A stretch of DNA of 64,000 nucleotides from Alphaproteobacteria bacterium (GTDB taxonomy: Bacteria > Pseudomonadota > Alphaproteobacteria > UBA828). The notes beneath the pieces were generated by a model. The model had not been told where the DNA came from. It worked only from the letters and a program-made list of their open reading frames with translations, and ran no database searches. Positions 38,807 through 50,800 of the stretch are shown piece by piece; positions within the stretch are counted from its first letter, which is position 1, and each line of letters begins with the position of its first letter. Both the position numbers and the translations under genes were made by a program. Where the stretch lies: assembly GCA_963422645.2 (NCBI GenBank), contig CAXXVO010000004.1, positions 1 to 64,000 on the forward strand, in the 5' to 3' direction.

Positions 38807-40131
38807 CACTAGTGTCCCATTAAAACTACAATAGAATCAGTTGCTTATCTTCGCGGCTCTGGCCCACCGGGAGTGCCTTATGCGTAAGTAGCGCATTGAG
38901 CGGGATTTTTTCGAACAGGGTGAGGCTCAGGGTCTGTAGAATTGTGTAGAGGCTGGCATCGAGTCTCAACCTCTTCTTGATGATGGCAATCAGGACGTAG
39001 ACGGAGACTGCGATCCAGATTTGGGTCTTTACGGCATTTTCGGAGGTGCCGAAGAAGGCCTTGATGCGGAGGTTTTGCTTGATCCATTTGAAGAAGAGTT
39101 CGACCTGCCAGCGATAGCGGTAGAGCTCTGCGACGGTGAGGGGCGGAACAGCGAAGTTGTTGGTCAGGAAGTTGAAGGTCTTGTTGGTTTCAGTATCCTT
39201 GTAGCCGACCCTGCGGAGCGGCTTTGGGTAGCGGCTTTTGCTCGCCTTTCCGGTCAGGACGATGGTTTGATCGCAACGCAGTCCGGCGTCTTTGTCGACG
39301 GTACGGGAGTATTGGCGCCGGTATTTCGTGTTGGCCTTTGCGCGGATGACGAAGAAGCTTCCCGCCATATCCAGGGCGTTGAGGCGCTTGAAGTCGAGGT
39401 AGGCGCGATCCATGATGTAGAAGGCGCCGGGCTCCGGAATGATGATGTCCAGGACATTCACATCGCCGAGCTTGCCGTCGGAGATGTGAATGAAGGCCGG
39501 GATACTGCCCTGCAAGTCAAGGAGAGTGTGAAGCTTGACGGCCGACTTGGTTGAGCGGAACAGAGCCCAGGGGAAGACCGACAGGCACAGATCGATGGTC
39601 GACGCGTCGAGAGCGTACACGGTATTGTCGAGTTGAAGACCGAGGTCCTCGCCGGCATAGAGTGGGCGTGCGATGTCGATCAGTTCCTGGGCGAACTCGG
39701 CATAGATGCGCCAGTCGCGTTGCGCGTTGGCGTTCGCTAAAGTGTTGCGCGAGACCGGTCCCCGAATTCCCATGTGATAAAGCTTGTTATTCTGGGCACG
39801 CAGACAAATCTCGATGTCGCGCAGGCTTTCTCGATAGGACAATTGTGCGAAGGCCATGCAGAAAAACTGGCTCAGGCATGAGAACGATTTGACGTACCGA
39901 TTACCATCGTATTGTTCGACGCATTTGCGGAACGAATGCAGGGGCAGATGGTCCATCACCTGCGAGAAGACAAGTTGTCCCGTGGACATGACCGGGCTCC
40001 CTCTGGATCGGAGAACCCAGCCTCGGCACTCGCGCCGGCCACTTCAAGTCGGTAACAGCGCGAAATGGCGCTTAATCGCGCTTTGTCAATAACTTAACAA
40101 GGGTCTCTCCAATTTTCTTGGGACACTAGTG
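38807..40131 (-). mobile_element. Intact IS4-family element
   Basis: TIR CACTAGTGTCCCA / TGGGACACTAGTG; 9-bp TSD ACCTCACCC. Confidence 0.95.
38826..39989 (-). CDS. IS4-family transposase (DUF4372-type N-terminus)
   Basis: LDASTI, MDRAY and YRYRWQVELFFKWIKQ motifs. Confidence 0.95.
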   Translation of the reverse strand: MSTGQLVFSQVMDHLPLHSFRKCVEQYDGNRYVKSFSCLSQFFCMAFAQLSYRESLRDIEICLRAQNNKLYHMGIRGPVSRNTLANANAQRDWRIYAEFAQELIDIARPLYAGEDLGLQLDNTVYALDASTIDLCLSVFPWALFRSTKSAVKLHTLLDLQGSIPAFIHISDGKLGDVNVLDIIIPEPGAFYIMDRAYLDFKRLNALDMAGSFFVIRAKANTKYRRQYSRTVDKDAGLRCDQTIVLTGKASKSRYPKPLRRVGYKDTETNKTFNFLTNNFAVPPLTVAELYRYRWQVELFFKWIKQNLRIKAFFGTSENAVKTQIWIAVSVYVLIAIIKKRLRLDASLYTILQTLSLTLFEKIPLNALLTHKALPVGQSREDKQLILL

Positions 40132-40546
40132 ACCTCACCCACCTGTTCGGGCAAGGGCTCGATGACCAGCGCTACGTGGTCGAGCGGTACCTGTCCGACT
40201 ACTAGGGCCAGATCCGGCCCTGGCGGCCCGGCAAGGGATCGAAGGGCGGACGCAAGCAGGCGCGCAAGGCGATGAGCTTGCGGGCCGTTCAGCGGCTGCG
40301 GCCCGAGCGCCACGAGGTCATCGTCTGCACCGGGGTCAACCTGACGGACTCGGGCATGCAAATGTGGGGGAGCTACGCGGCGGGCATTTTCGTCGACGCC
40401 CGGCGCCGCTGATCCACCGTCGGCGGGGTGTCCGCTGCGGGCGCCCCGCCGCCTCTTCGTCTCTCCCTGCCGTCTTCAACGACCGGGCTCGCCATGGCAC
40501 GATGCGTCTCGATCCCCGGCATCAGCCCTCTATCCCGGACACGACC

Positions 40547-42640
40547 ATGCCCGAAGCCGATCTTCTGCAAGCCTGCCTCGACGAGCTCGACGGCTTCGAC
40601 GACTTCCTCGACCGAAGGGAGCTGGCGGAGCAGCACGCGCCGGTGCTTCTCGGCAGGACGGGCATGGCTTCCATGCTCGCCGCCCGCATCGCGCGGACCG
40701 CGGACTCGGAGCGCAACGCTCCGCTCGACCTGTTCGGGGTCCTGGTCGAACGGGCGCAACGCGATGCCGAGAACCGACGCCGCTTCGGCGAGCCCTTCCT
40801 CGCCGAGGCGCGCGGCGCCATCGATACCCTGGCCGCCCGCGGCGACCTCCCGGACCACGCCGCGCTCGGTCTGGCACGCGCCTTCATCCGCGCAGGCCTG
40901 GATGCGCCGGAATGCCTCTTCCCGATCTTCGCCGGCGAACCCGGCACCGGCCAGGCGCTTGCCGCGTTTCCCGGCCTGCTGGACGGGGAGATCGACCGTC
41001 TCGCGCGCCATGCGGGCGGCGACGATCATCTGCTGCACGACCTCCTCGCCAACCTGATGGCGGTCCTTCCGTCCGAGTTCAGGCCGACCTTCGTCCACCA
41101 TGTTTCGGGGCGCGAAGAGGAGCGGTACGGCCGCGCCGCCCTCTACTGGCTGCTGGACCGCTCGCCCGAGGTTCGCCTGGCGGCCGCCAGCGGCCTCTCC
41201 GGCCGGGTGCGGGGCGACGCCATGGAGCCCGCCCTGCCGGCGCTCGTGCCGCTCATCCGGAACTGGATGCCGGCGGATTCCGCGCGTCCCTTGCTGGATA
41301 CCGCCCTGCGCGAGACCCGGCTGCGGGGCCGCTTCCACCCGATGGCGCGCCCCGCGGGCCGTCCGACGCGTTTCCTCGCCGCCCTGCCGGCCGGCTCGAG
41401 CATGCAGCATCTCGCCGCCATGCTCGACCCTGCGGACGGACCCGCTTGCGCGGTGGTGGTGGTCAAGGCCGGCCACGGCGTCACCATCGCGCGCATCTTC
41501 CGGGACGACGAAGCCCTGAGTGCCGCGTGCAACCTGGAGGACGAGCTGGGGGCGCTCGACGTACCGTTCGAAGCCTTCGAGACCGCGCTTTCCGCCGCGC
41601 TCGCGGACGGACTTGCCGAAGGGCGGCCTCCACCGGCCTATCTGATCGACGTCGCCGCCGGCTTTGGCCTTTCCGAGCTGCGCCCGCGGGCGATGACGGC
41701 GCCCGACTGGCTCACGGAACTCGACCCGGGAGGCGCGATCGCCGGCCTGCCCGACGCGGAGCGGGACGAGCTGATCCGCCGCAGCTCTGCGTGGCCCGAC
41801 GACCGGCCGATCATGGACACATGGTTCGAGGGCACGGCGCTGCTGGACGAATCGCTGAAGGCCGCTGACGGTCCACGGCAGACGCTCGAAGCTTTCCGGG
41901 CGCGCCTCGAAGAGAGGCGCGGCGACTGGGCCCTTCTCGTGCTGCGCGCCGCCCATGTCCTGAAGGCCGCCGGCGACGCCGACTGGCGCTCCTTCGCCGC
42001 CGTGGCCTCGGCCCTGCTCGACGGACGCGCGCTCAAGGGCATCCCGATCATGGATAGCATCTTCCTCGCCACCGTCGACGCCTGGCACGAGGAGGAACGC
42101 CGGCTTCGCGCCGGCGACGCAGGGCGTCCGGACCCGTTGGCCGCCCTTGCCGAGGCGGCGGCGTGGCCGGAGGGGGACCTGCATTGCGCTGCTTCGCTGG
42201 CCTGGCTCGACGGCTACGTCGCGGCCGCGGTGCTCGCGCCCCGGGAGCCCCGTCCCGCGGAATGGCTGCACGCGCTCGCGGACGGGGTCCGGGGCATCGG
42301 CGGCGAGGGGACCGGGGAGTTCCTGCGCCGCGCACCGGAGCGCCACAACGAGTTCGACCGCGGTATCGGAGAGAGCGGCTTCGCCGCGGACGCGCTCGCC
42401 GCTCTCGGCGACGGCGAGCTGACGACCTGGGCGCGAGGATTCGCTCAGGGGGTGCGCATCCTCGACGACGACTGGCCGAGAGACGAGCTCGAAATCGAGG
42501 ACTACCCCGCGCTGTCCCTGCTCACCGCTCTCGCCGGCGGCGAGCCGTCCGGCCCCGCGGCTCGCGCCGATCTCCCGATCTTCTTCGAACGGAGGAAGCG
42601 GATGCGCGTCTCCTCCCTCAACCTTCCCAACGAGGCCTAG
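40547..42640 (+). CDS. Large helical hypothetical protein with C-terminal UPF0149/YecA-like domain
   Basis: Long ORF with protein-like composition; LDGYVAAAVLAP..P.EWL and WARGF motifs. Confidence 0.7.
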   Translation: MPEADLLQACLDELDGFDDFLDRRELAEQHAPVLLGRTGMASMLAARIARTADSERNAPLDLFGVLVERAQRDAENRRRFGEPFLAEARGAIDTLAARGDLPDHAALGLARAFIRAGLDAPECLFPIFAGEPGTGQALAAFPGLLDGEIDRLARHAGGDDHLLHDLLANLMAVLPSEFRPTFVHHVSGREEERYGRAALYWLLDRSPEVRLAAASGLSGRVRGDAMEPALPALVPLIRNWMPADSARPLLDTALRETRLRGRFHPMARPAGRPTRFLAALPAGSSMQHLAAMLDPADGPACAVVVVKAGHGVTIARIFRDDEALSAACNLEDELGALDVPFEAFETALSAALADGLAEGRPPPAYLIDVAAGFGLSELRPRAMTAPDWLTELDPGGAIAGLPDAERDELIRRSSAWPDDRPIMDTWFEGTALLDESLKAADGPRQTLEAFRARLEERRGDWALLVLRAAHVLKAAGDADWRSFAAVASALLDGRALKGIPIMDSIFLATVDAWHEEERRLRAGDAGRPDPLAALAEAAAWPEGDLHCAASLAWLDGYVAAAVLAPREPRPAEWLHALADGVRGIGGEGTGEFLRRAPERHNEFDRGIGESGFAADALAALGDGELTTWARGFAQGVRILDDDWPRDELEIEDYPALSLLTALAGGEPSGPAARADLPIFFERRKRMRVSSLNLPNEA

Positions 42641-42790
42641 CCCGACCTATTCGTGGAGAGCCTTGCACTTGAGGCTCGATTGATGGGTCGCGTCGGGGCC
42701 AGACGCCGTTTGGCGCCGGGATCTGAGGATGGTCGTTATCGGGTTGAGGGTTGAACGGGCCTGGGTGATCGGGGCTCGGCGCCCCTTCGC

Positions 42791-43740
42791 TCAGGGACCT
42801 GCCGCGGCGAGACGGCCTGCCAGCAGGCGGAAGAGAGCGGCGTCGGGGCAGGCCGAGGTGAAGTGGATGCGGACGCGGGTGGCCTTCTCGATGACGCGGG
42901 CGCCGATCTTGAGCAGTCTCAGCCTCAGGGTTGCGAACTCTGCACGGGCGAGGGGCGCGGCACGGGGGATGGCGTCGCGCAGGGTGAGCATGAGCCAGTA
43001 GGCTGCGGTGTGCAGGACCAGCCTGAGCTGGTTGGCGATCGGGCTCTGGCAGGAGGTGCGGTCCGAGGCGAGCTGGCCCTTGTGCAACTTGATCAGGTTC
43101 TCGGCCTGGCCGCGGGCGCAGTAGACGTCTTCGTAGAGACGGCGGGGATCGCCTTCGAGCGAGGTGACGATATAGCGGGCATCGAAGCCGCGCGTGCTCG
43201 CCTCGAGCCGGGCGACGACCCGGCGTTCGCGGTCCCAGGAGCGGGCGGCGTAGGCGAAGGCGGCGAAGGCCCGCATCCTGTCTGCGCCGGCCTCTGCGCG
43301 GCGGACCTTGAGATCGTCGGCCGCCTCGTATGCGAGAGCGTGCAGCGCGCGATTGCCCGCGAGGCCGAAGATGTAGTCGACGCCGTTCTCCTCGCACCAG
43401 GCCATGGCTTGCGTGCGGCCGTAGTGGCTGTCTCCCTGGAAGACGATCCGGGTGCGCGGCCAGTGCCGGCGGATGCGGCGGACCAGATGCTTGACGAGGG
43501 TACGGACCTCGGACCCCGACGGCGTCTTTCCCGGGCGCAGGAGGACCGCCACCGGCTTGCCACGTTCCACATGATAGACGTGAACGGGCAGGAAGCAGCG
43601 CGTGTCGTAATGAGCGTGGAAGAGCGAGAGCTGCTGGTGGCCGTGCACGGCATCGCAGGTGTCGTCGATATCGAGGGTGATGGCGGCGGGAGGGGCGGGG
43701 AAGGAGCGACAGAAGAGATCGACCAGCGCCGCCGTGTCGG
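42791..43740 (-). pseudogene. IS1380-family transposase, 5'-truncated
   Basis: LDIDDT..VHGHQQ, GDS and YCARGQAENLIK motifs. Confidence 0.9.
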
Positions 43741-44113
43741 TGATCATCCAAAAGCGCGGATAGTTGATCATTTTGCCCGGTGGGCGCGGTGAGGCGCTTG
43801 CCGCCGCTATGGCGGTTGGAGGCGTTCCTCGACGGAGCTGTGGTTAAGTAGCCCGCCGCAGCGACCGGCGACGAGTCTGGCGGCGGCGGGCTACTTTTCC
43901 ACAGCGGGCATCCAGCACGCGGCCAGCGGTCCCTCGGACCTGACAGCGGGATCGGCGGGAGTACACTCGGCCGGCTGAGAACGATGCGACGCCGGCCCGA
44001 TCTGCTTGGCGGCAACGGCCGGCGCCGCACCCCCCGGGCCATGCCGGGCACGGCCCAGACGCGCAGTATCGTGCGGCTTTTGGCGGGGGTCCACCCCGTT
44101 CTCATCGGTCGCG

Positions 44114-44350
44114 ATGAAGAACGCCGCCCGCCTGTTCGCCTGCGCCTCCTGTCACCGTCAGGTCGTCCTTTGCCGGCGCTGCGACCACGGCAACATCTAC
44201 TGCTCCAGGGGTTGTGGCGATCGGGCGCGGCAGCATGCGCAACGCCTTGCCGGGCGGCGCTACCAGAACAGCCGGCGGGGCCGTCACAAGCATGCGCAGC
44301 GCCAGCGCCGCTACCGCGAACGCCGCCGGCGCCGGGCGCCGGAGAAGCGG
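44114..44350 (+). pseudogene. Cys-rich ORF fragment of the type that precedes some IS21-like elements; element end near 43741
   Basis: CASCHRQVVLCRRCDHGNIYCSRGC; TGATCAT repeats at 43741 and 43765. Confidence 0.55.
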
Positions 44351-44351
44351 C

Positions 44352-45730
44352 TATGGCGCGACAATCTGAGTGAGACGCGCGCGGCAATCAGGATAAGATT
44401 CCTGGCGGCGGCGGCGTGCTGAGGATTCCGCTCCGTGGCGGTTATTGCAAGCTCTTTTTGGTTTTGATTGTCGCGGCGCGACAGTTTTTTGGAGCCGCCA
44501 GATTGACGCAGAGAAGAAGCGGCCCGCGGGGGTCGATCTCCCGCGGGCCGCGAGTGGATCAGTGGTGGCGGGTCAGTCCTTGGTGGTGTTTTTCTCGGTG
44601 GCGAAGTTCGCCGGGCGCCCCCGCTTTCTCTTGCTCTTATCGAGTGCGGCCCGGCGCCGGAAGCTCTCGACGTTCATCTCAAGGATGGTGGCATGGTGGA
44701 CCAGGCGATCGACGGCGGCCACCGCCGTGGTTTCGTCTGGGAACACCTTGCCCCACTCCCCGAAGGGCTGATTTGCGGTGATCAGCAGCGATCGGCGCTC
44801 ATAGCGTGCGGAGATGAGTTCGAAGAGCACGCCGGTCTCGGCCTGATCCTTCCGCACATAGGCGAGGTCGTCGAGGATCAGGAGGTTGAAGCGGTCGAGC
44901 CGGGCCAACAGGCTTTCCAGCGCGAGCTCGCGCCTTGCAACCTGCATGCGCTGCACCAGATCGGTGGTTCTGGTGAACAGCACGCGGTATCCGTTCTCGA
45001 CCAGGGCGAGGCCGATAGCGGACGCGAGATGGCTCTTGCCGACGCCTGGCGGGCCGAAGATCAGGCAGTTGGCGCCCTGGGTGAGCCAGGCGTCGCCGGC
45101 GGCCAGCGCGTTGACCTGAGCCTTTGAGATCATCGGCACGACGTTGAAGTCGAAGGAGGCGAGGGTTTTGCCAGGCAGCAGCTTTGCCTCCTTGAGATGC
45201 CGCTCGATCCGCCGCCGGTCGCGTTCGGCGAGCTCGTGCTCGGTCAGGGCTGCGAGGAAGCGGGCCGCGGTCCATCCCTCCTTGTCGGCCCGCTTGGCGA
45301 AGCTCTGCCAGAGTTGGCTGATCGTCGGCAGGCGGAGATCGGTGAGCATCAAGGAGAGCTTCATGGCGTCGACCTTGTTGGGGTCGGGCGCGGTCATGTC
45401 GTCCTTGTCGGTCATGCCGCGTCTCCCGCGCTCAGCAGTGCGCCGTAGCCGACAAGCGGCGCCCTGGCGATGTCGACGCTGGGCATCTTGCCGCGCTGCG
45501 GCGCGAAGCGCGGCTTGAGCTCGCCGGGATCGGGCAGTTGGCCGGCCTTCAACGCACGATCGATCTCCGTGGCCAGCTCGGCCTCGCAGCTCTCCTCATG
45601 CGCGAGCGCCAGGAGGCCGACGGCGAGGCGGCAGGCCTCGCGCTCGCTCAGCCGCTCAAGGGCTCTCTCGAAGCAGCGCCGGTAGGCCTCGCGCGGGAAC
45701 AACTCGTCGCGATAGACCAGATGCCGTAAT
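44352..45730 (-). mobile_element. Second IS21-family element, left part deleted
   Basis: GCGCGACA end repeats, intact istB and an istA C-terminal fragment (45412-45730). Confidence 0.85.
44573..45415 (-). CDS. istB: IS21 ATPase IstB
   Basis: GPPGVGKSHLA, LDDLAY and DRLVHH motifs. Confidence 0.95.
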   Translation of the reverse strand: MTDKDDMTAPDPNKVDAMKLSLMLTDLRLPTISQLWQSFAKRADKEGWTAARFLAALTEHELAERDRRRIERHLKEAKLLPGKTLASFDFNVVPMISKAQVNALAAGDAWLTQGANCLIFGPPGVGKSHLASAIGLALVENGYRVLFTRTTDLVQRMQVARRELALESLLARLDRFNLLILDDLAYVRKDQAETGVLFELISARYERRSLLITANQPFGEWGKVFPDETTAVAAVDRLVHHATILEMNVESFRRRAALDKSKRKRGRPANFATEKNTTKD

Positions 45731-45868
45731 GGGGCTCGGCACCAATCGGCACCGTTGAAGCCTGTCGCGATGGTAGCGAATCGGGTGTCGTTGCCCTTAC
45801 ACGCTCAGCGTGTTCACGGGGTCTTGCCGCAAGGCGCGCCCCAATTCCTCGAAGGAAAGGGCAACGAC

Positions 45869-45989
45869 ATGGACGTCTATATCGGGCTGGATGTATCGCT
45901 GGCAAGCACGTCAATCTGCGTCATCGGCGAGAAGGGGAAGATCGTTACCGAGGCGCAGGTAGCCAGCACGCCTGAAGCACTCGTTGCTT
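45869..45989 (+). pseudogene. IS110-family transposase N-terminal fragment
   Basis: MDVYIGLDVSLASTSICVI; cut by the IS3 end. Confidence 0.8.
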
Positions 45990-47180
45990 TGAACCGCTCC
46001 GGCTTTCCCGGAGGCAGTTTGGTTTGAGTCATGCAGCCATATTGAGGTTCTCGCTGGCGGCATAGTGATTTGCTTCGGCCTCAGCGGGCGGGATGTTACC
46101 GATGGGGCCGAGCAGGCGTTGATTATTGAACCAGTCCACCCATTCGAGGGTGGCGTATTCGACGGCCTCGAACGATCTCCACGGGCCGCGCCGGTGGATC
46201 ACCTCGGCCTTGTAGAGGCCGTTGATCGTTTCGGCCAACGCGTTGTCGTAGCTGTCGCCGACACTGCCGACCGATGGATCGATCCCGGCTTCGGCCAGAC
46301 GCTCGGAGTATTTGATCGACAGGTATTGGACGCCGCGGTCGCTGTGATGCACGAGGCCCGATCCCCTGGCGGGCTTCCGGGCGTGTATCGCCTGTTCCAG
46401 GGCATCCAGAACGAAGCTTGCATGAGCCGTGCGGCTCACCCGCCATCCGACGATCCGGCGTGCGAAGGCATCGATCACGAAGGCCACATAGACGAACCCG
46501 GCCCAGGTCGCGACATAGGTGAAGTCCGCCACCCACAGACGATTGGGCCCGGGCGCCTGGAACTGCCGGTTCACCTTGTCGAGCGGGCACGCCGCTCCCT
46601 TGTCGCTGACCGTGGTCTTCACCGGCTTGCCCCTGATCGCCCCGGCAAGGCCGAGATCGCGCATCAGCCGCTCGACGGTGCAGCGGGCAACGTCCAGGCC
46701 TTCGCGCCGTAGCTGGCGCCAGATCTTGCGGGCGCCATAGACCGAGTAGTTCGTCTCGAAGACGCGCTCGATCTCCGCCATCAGTACCAGATCACGCCGG
46801 GCACGATCCGGCAGCAGCGACGGATCGCGCTGTCTGCCGGCATGAAGCCGGTACGTGGACGGGGCGATCGGCAGAACCTTGCAGATCGGCTCGACCCCAT
46901 AGGTATCGCGATGCTCGTCGATGAAGGCGATCATCGCTTGAGTGGGCGGTCGAGCTCCGCCTGGGCAAAATAGGCACTGGCTTTGCGCAGAATCTCGTTC
47001 GCCTGGCGCAGCTCGCGAACCTCGCGTTCCAGCGCCCTGACCCGCGCACGATCGTCGCTGGTCATGCCCGACCTGGCGCCGCTGTCTTGTTCAGCCCGAC
47101 GGACCCACCGCCGCAGCGTCTCGGTCGTGCAGCCGAACTTCGCCGCGATCGAACACATCGCCGCCCATTGCGAGCCATGC
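45990..47180 (-). mobile_element. IS3-family element, left end deleted (orfA 46931-~47180, orfB 46029-46934)
   Basis: TGAACC terminus; WVADFTY, HSDRG, SYDNALAE and [15 protein letters not shown] motifs. Confidence 0.93.
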
Positions 47181-47860
47181 TGTCAATCTCAATGCGCATG
47201 TATCTTCGCTTCCTCGTATCGGAGGGCAGCGTAGCGGCGGCGCTGGTCGAGGTCGTGCCGACAGTACCGCAGTGGCGGTTGTCGACCCTGCCACGGTACA
47301 TCCCGGCCGAAGATGTCGAGCGCACCATCGCGTCCTGCGGTGACGGCTTCGTAGGCGTACGCGACCGGGCGATCCTGCTGCTCTTGGCACGGCTAGCGCT
47401 GCGGGCAGGGGACATCGCTGCTCTGCGTCTCGGTGACATCGACTGGGACAGGGCGGAGATTCGTGTTCCCGGAAAATCACGACGGCACACGGCATTACCG
47501 CTGCCCCAGGACGCCGGCGATGCGCTCTATGCCTATATCACGACGGCGCGGCCGAAGGTGGACGAACCGCAGGTGTTCCTCTGTTCGAGAGCGCCTTATC
47601 GGCCGTTCGCCAAGAGTGCTGTCACCGCCATAGCCCGTCGCGCTCTGGACCGAGCCGGGGTCGCGACCCCCGCTACACGCGGGGCCCATGTGTTCCGGCA
47701 CAGCCAAGCCACGAACCTGCTCCGGTCCGGCGCCTCACTGGACGCGATCCAGTTGCTGCTTCGGCACGCTTCCCCGAACACCACCATGATCTACGCCAAG
47801 ACGGATGCGCTAATGCTTGGCGAGATCGCCCAGCCCTGGATCGGAGGGATGGGAGAATGA
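47178..47860 (+). pseudogene. RitA tyrosine recombinase, 5'-truncated
   Basis: RDRAIL..LR, HVFRHS and LRH..TTMIYAK motifs. Confidence 0.85.
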
Positions 47861-50800
47861 AGAACTCAGCCCGTATGACCGAGCATGTGGAGCGCTTCGT
47901 CGCGATGAAACGGAACCTCGGCTATCAGTTTAAGCAACAGGAATGGACGCTCTCGGGCTTTGCTCGATATGCCGAAGACCGTGATGAGACATTCATCCGT
48001 TCCGAAACCGTCCTTGCGTGGATACGGTCATGCGAGGCGTCATCGCCAAGCCAGCGCATCGCAAAACTGCATCTCTTGCACGCATTTGCCGGCTGGCTGC
48101 ATGCCGAGGACACACGCCACGAGGTGCCGCATCGTGATGCCCTGGGTCATCAGCGGAAGCGAAGACCGCAGCCCTATCTGGTATCCGCTCCGCAGATCCG
48201 GAAACTGCTGACGGCGGCGCTGTCCGCCGCACCAGCCGGCACAATCACCCCGCTGACTTGGCATTACCTGTTCGGTCTCATCGCCGCCACGGGCCTGCGT
48301 TGCAGCGAAGCCCTCGCACTGACCCTGGACGACGTTACCGCAGACGGCCTCATCATCCGCGAGACCAAGTTCCGCAAATCCCGCATGGTCGCGCTACATC
48401 CGACCACTTGTGACGCGTTGAACCGCTATCTTCAGGTGCGATGCAAGGAGAAAACCGCCGACCGGCATCTGTTCGTAATCACGACCGGTGGGCGGCCAAG
48501 CAGGCACTGTGCGAAATCAGCGTTCCGTAAACTTGCGGAACAAACAGGCCTCCGAAAACCCAGCGCGGCACGCGGACCGACGATCCACTCATTGCGGCAC
48601 TCCTTTGCCGTCCGGTCCATCGAGAACCTCGATCTCGGCGCCGATCCAGGCCGCCACATGCTCGCGCTTGCCACATATCTCGGCCACGCCAAGGTCTCCG
48701 GAACCTCAGACTTCCTGACCTCTGCTGATTTTAGGTGACACGAGCCGCGCGGATTCCGAGGCCCCGTCGATGTCGTAGACTATGCGCAGACGGGTGCCGG
48801 GGAAGACCGTTTCGGTGGCGTTCAGGTCGCTCAGAACCGCATCGATCCAACGGTCGCAGGCGTCGTTTGCGAGGCCAAGAATGTGGACCCGCAGGAGGCC
48901 ATTGCCAGGATCCGGCAGGATGTCGGCATCGGCGGTGAGCAGCGCTTGAAGCAGTTTCCGGGGATGGGGCTTGTGGCCCTGCGCCTGCATGACGGGAAGC
49001 ATCATGCGGGTTTCGGCGCGGTAGGCGATCATCCGGATGACGTCGAGGAGGAGGCGCTCGCGCGCGGGCAAGGCATCGAGCTGCTCGGCTTCGTCGAGGT
49101 CGCCGGCCCGGCAGTGCTTGGGCGTCTCCCTGCGGCTGGCCCTGACGATGTCGCGGACATCCTGGAGGTCCCTGACTTCCCTCCTGAGTTCCGCCGTCGG
49201 CTGCTTCTTCCGGGCCGTGTCGGCGATGCGGTTGCGCAGGCGGCCAAGCTGGCGGTCGAGGCGATGGATTGCCTTGTCATAGGCCCGCCGCAGCGGGTTG
49301 ACGACCATGGCGGCGGGATCGAGAGGCTCGAGCTCGTGGGTCGGCAGGGCGTCGAGATTGAACTCGTCACGCATGTACTTGAAGAAGTTCTCCTGCGACC
49401 AGCGCGAGAACATGGCGCCCGCAACCTCAGCCATCGGCTTGTGCGGATCGGTGGTGATCAGCGGCACCTGACGGCCGTTGTCGAGCAGGCGGCGGATCTG
49501 GCGCACCCTGAAGCCGTTCGGCAACGTCACCGGCTTCTCAGCCAGCCGCATGGTGGCGCTGCCGTCCGCCGCCGGTCCGTGAATGGGAACGGTCATCGCG
49601 CCGAAGTCCTCGGCCGGCCAGTCCTCGCCCCTGAAGTTCTTGTGCCAGGTCAGGCAGGCGACGCCGCGCCTCGCCAGCCGGCGGAACAGATCCGGGCTCC
49701 AGCCCTCGCGGTCGAAGACCAGGGTGAGCGCCGGCTGGCCGGGATGCTCGGCGGTCAGGTCCGGCGCCCCGGCGCCAACGATCCCAAGCTCCTGCAGCGC
49801 CGGCACCACGTCGGCTTCGATGGCCGCGACCATCTTCGGGTCCAGCGGCTTGTGCAGACAGAGCAGCGGCTTGCCGCCCAGAGCGTTGATCCAGTAGCTG
49901 GCGCTCGCCGGCAGGCACAGCTTCTCGCGCGAGACGAAGTGCTTGGGCAAGCGCCCCTTGCGGCCGGAGTAGACCTTGACGTGCCCGTCGATGGCCAGCG
50001 TCGCCCAGAGCTCCGGCTCGTCGGCCTTGCCAGCGCCTGGCAAGGGCGAGCTGCCACGCCCGCACGCCGGCCTCGTCGTCGGCGATGAGAGCGATCTTGC
50101 GGCGCAGCGTCTTGACCTCGGGGCAGCGATCGAGGCCGAGAATGGCGCCCCATTCGCCCGGCGCCTGGTAGCGCAGGCTCTCGGGGTTGCGCACCCGCGC
50201 CAAGGTCATGAAGGCCAGGAAGAGCAGGATCGTAGGCAAGCCGTAATAGCCCTTCGGCAGCAATGGCAGGAGACCGGTCTCGGAGAGAAGACCTTCCTTC
50301 AGCAGGGCCGGCAGGGCGGCGAGCACGCCGCCGAAGCGGACACCGCGGGCGGCGGCGGCGAACTGCGGTTCGACCGGCCCCGCCTGTCCACAACTGGCCA
50401 GAACCCGAGCCGGAACATCGCAAGTCGCACGCCCCATCGGCGCCTGCCGGTCCCGCCGATCGCGCGCGCTGCGATCCGTTTGCGGCTGCGCTTCCAGCCC
50501 CGGCGCCGTCTCCGGCCCCGGGGCACCGGTACTCTCTTCATCGACACGGCCTTCAGGAGCCGCACCCGCGTCAGGCGGCGCAGCCAGCGCTGAGCGTCCG
50601 GGCTCCCCATCCGCCTCCGTGTTGCCGATCAGTCCCTGACGGCGCCACTTGTTGACCGATGGCGCTGACACGCCGAGAACCCGGGCCGCCGCAGAGCCGC
50701 TCAGGCCCGATGCCAGCAACGCCGTCGCCTTCTCCGCCAACTCCGGAGTGAACACCGACGGCCCGCGACCGCGCCGGGGCTTCATGAACCCCGCTTCGCC

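Noticed and set aside
30304-48706. Inversion between the two inverted 2512-bp IS copies
   Set aside because: Each copy is still flanked by both halves of its own target gene, so no inversion has occurred.
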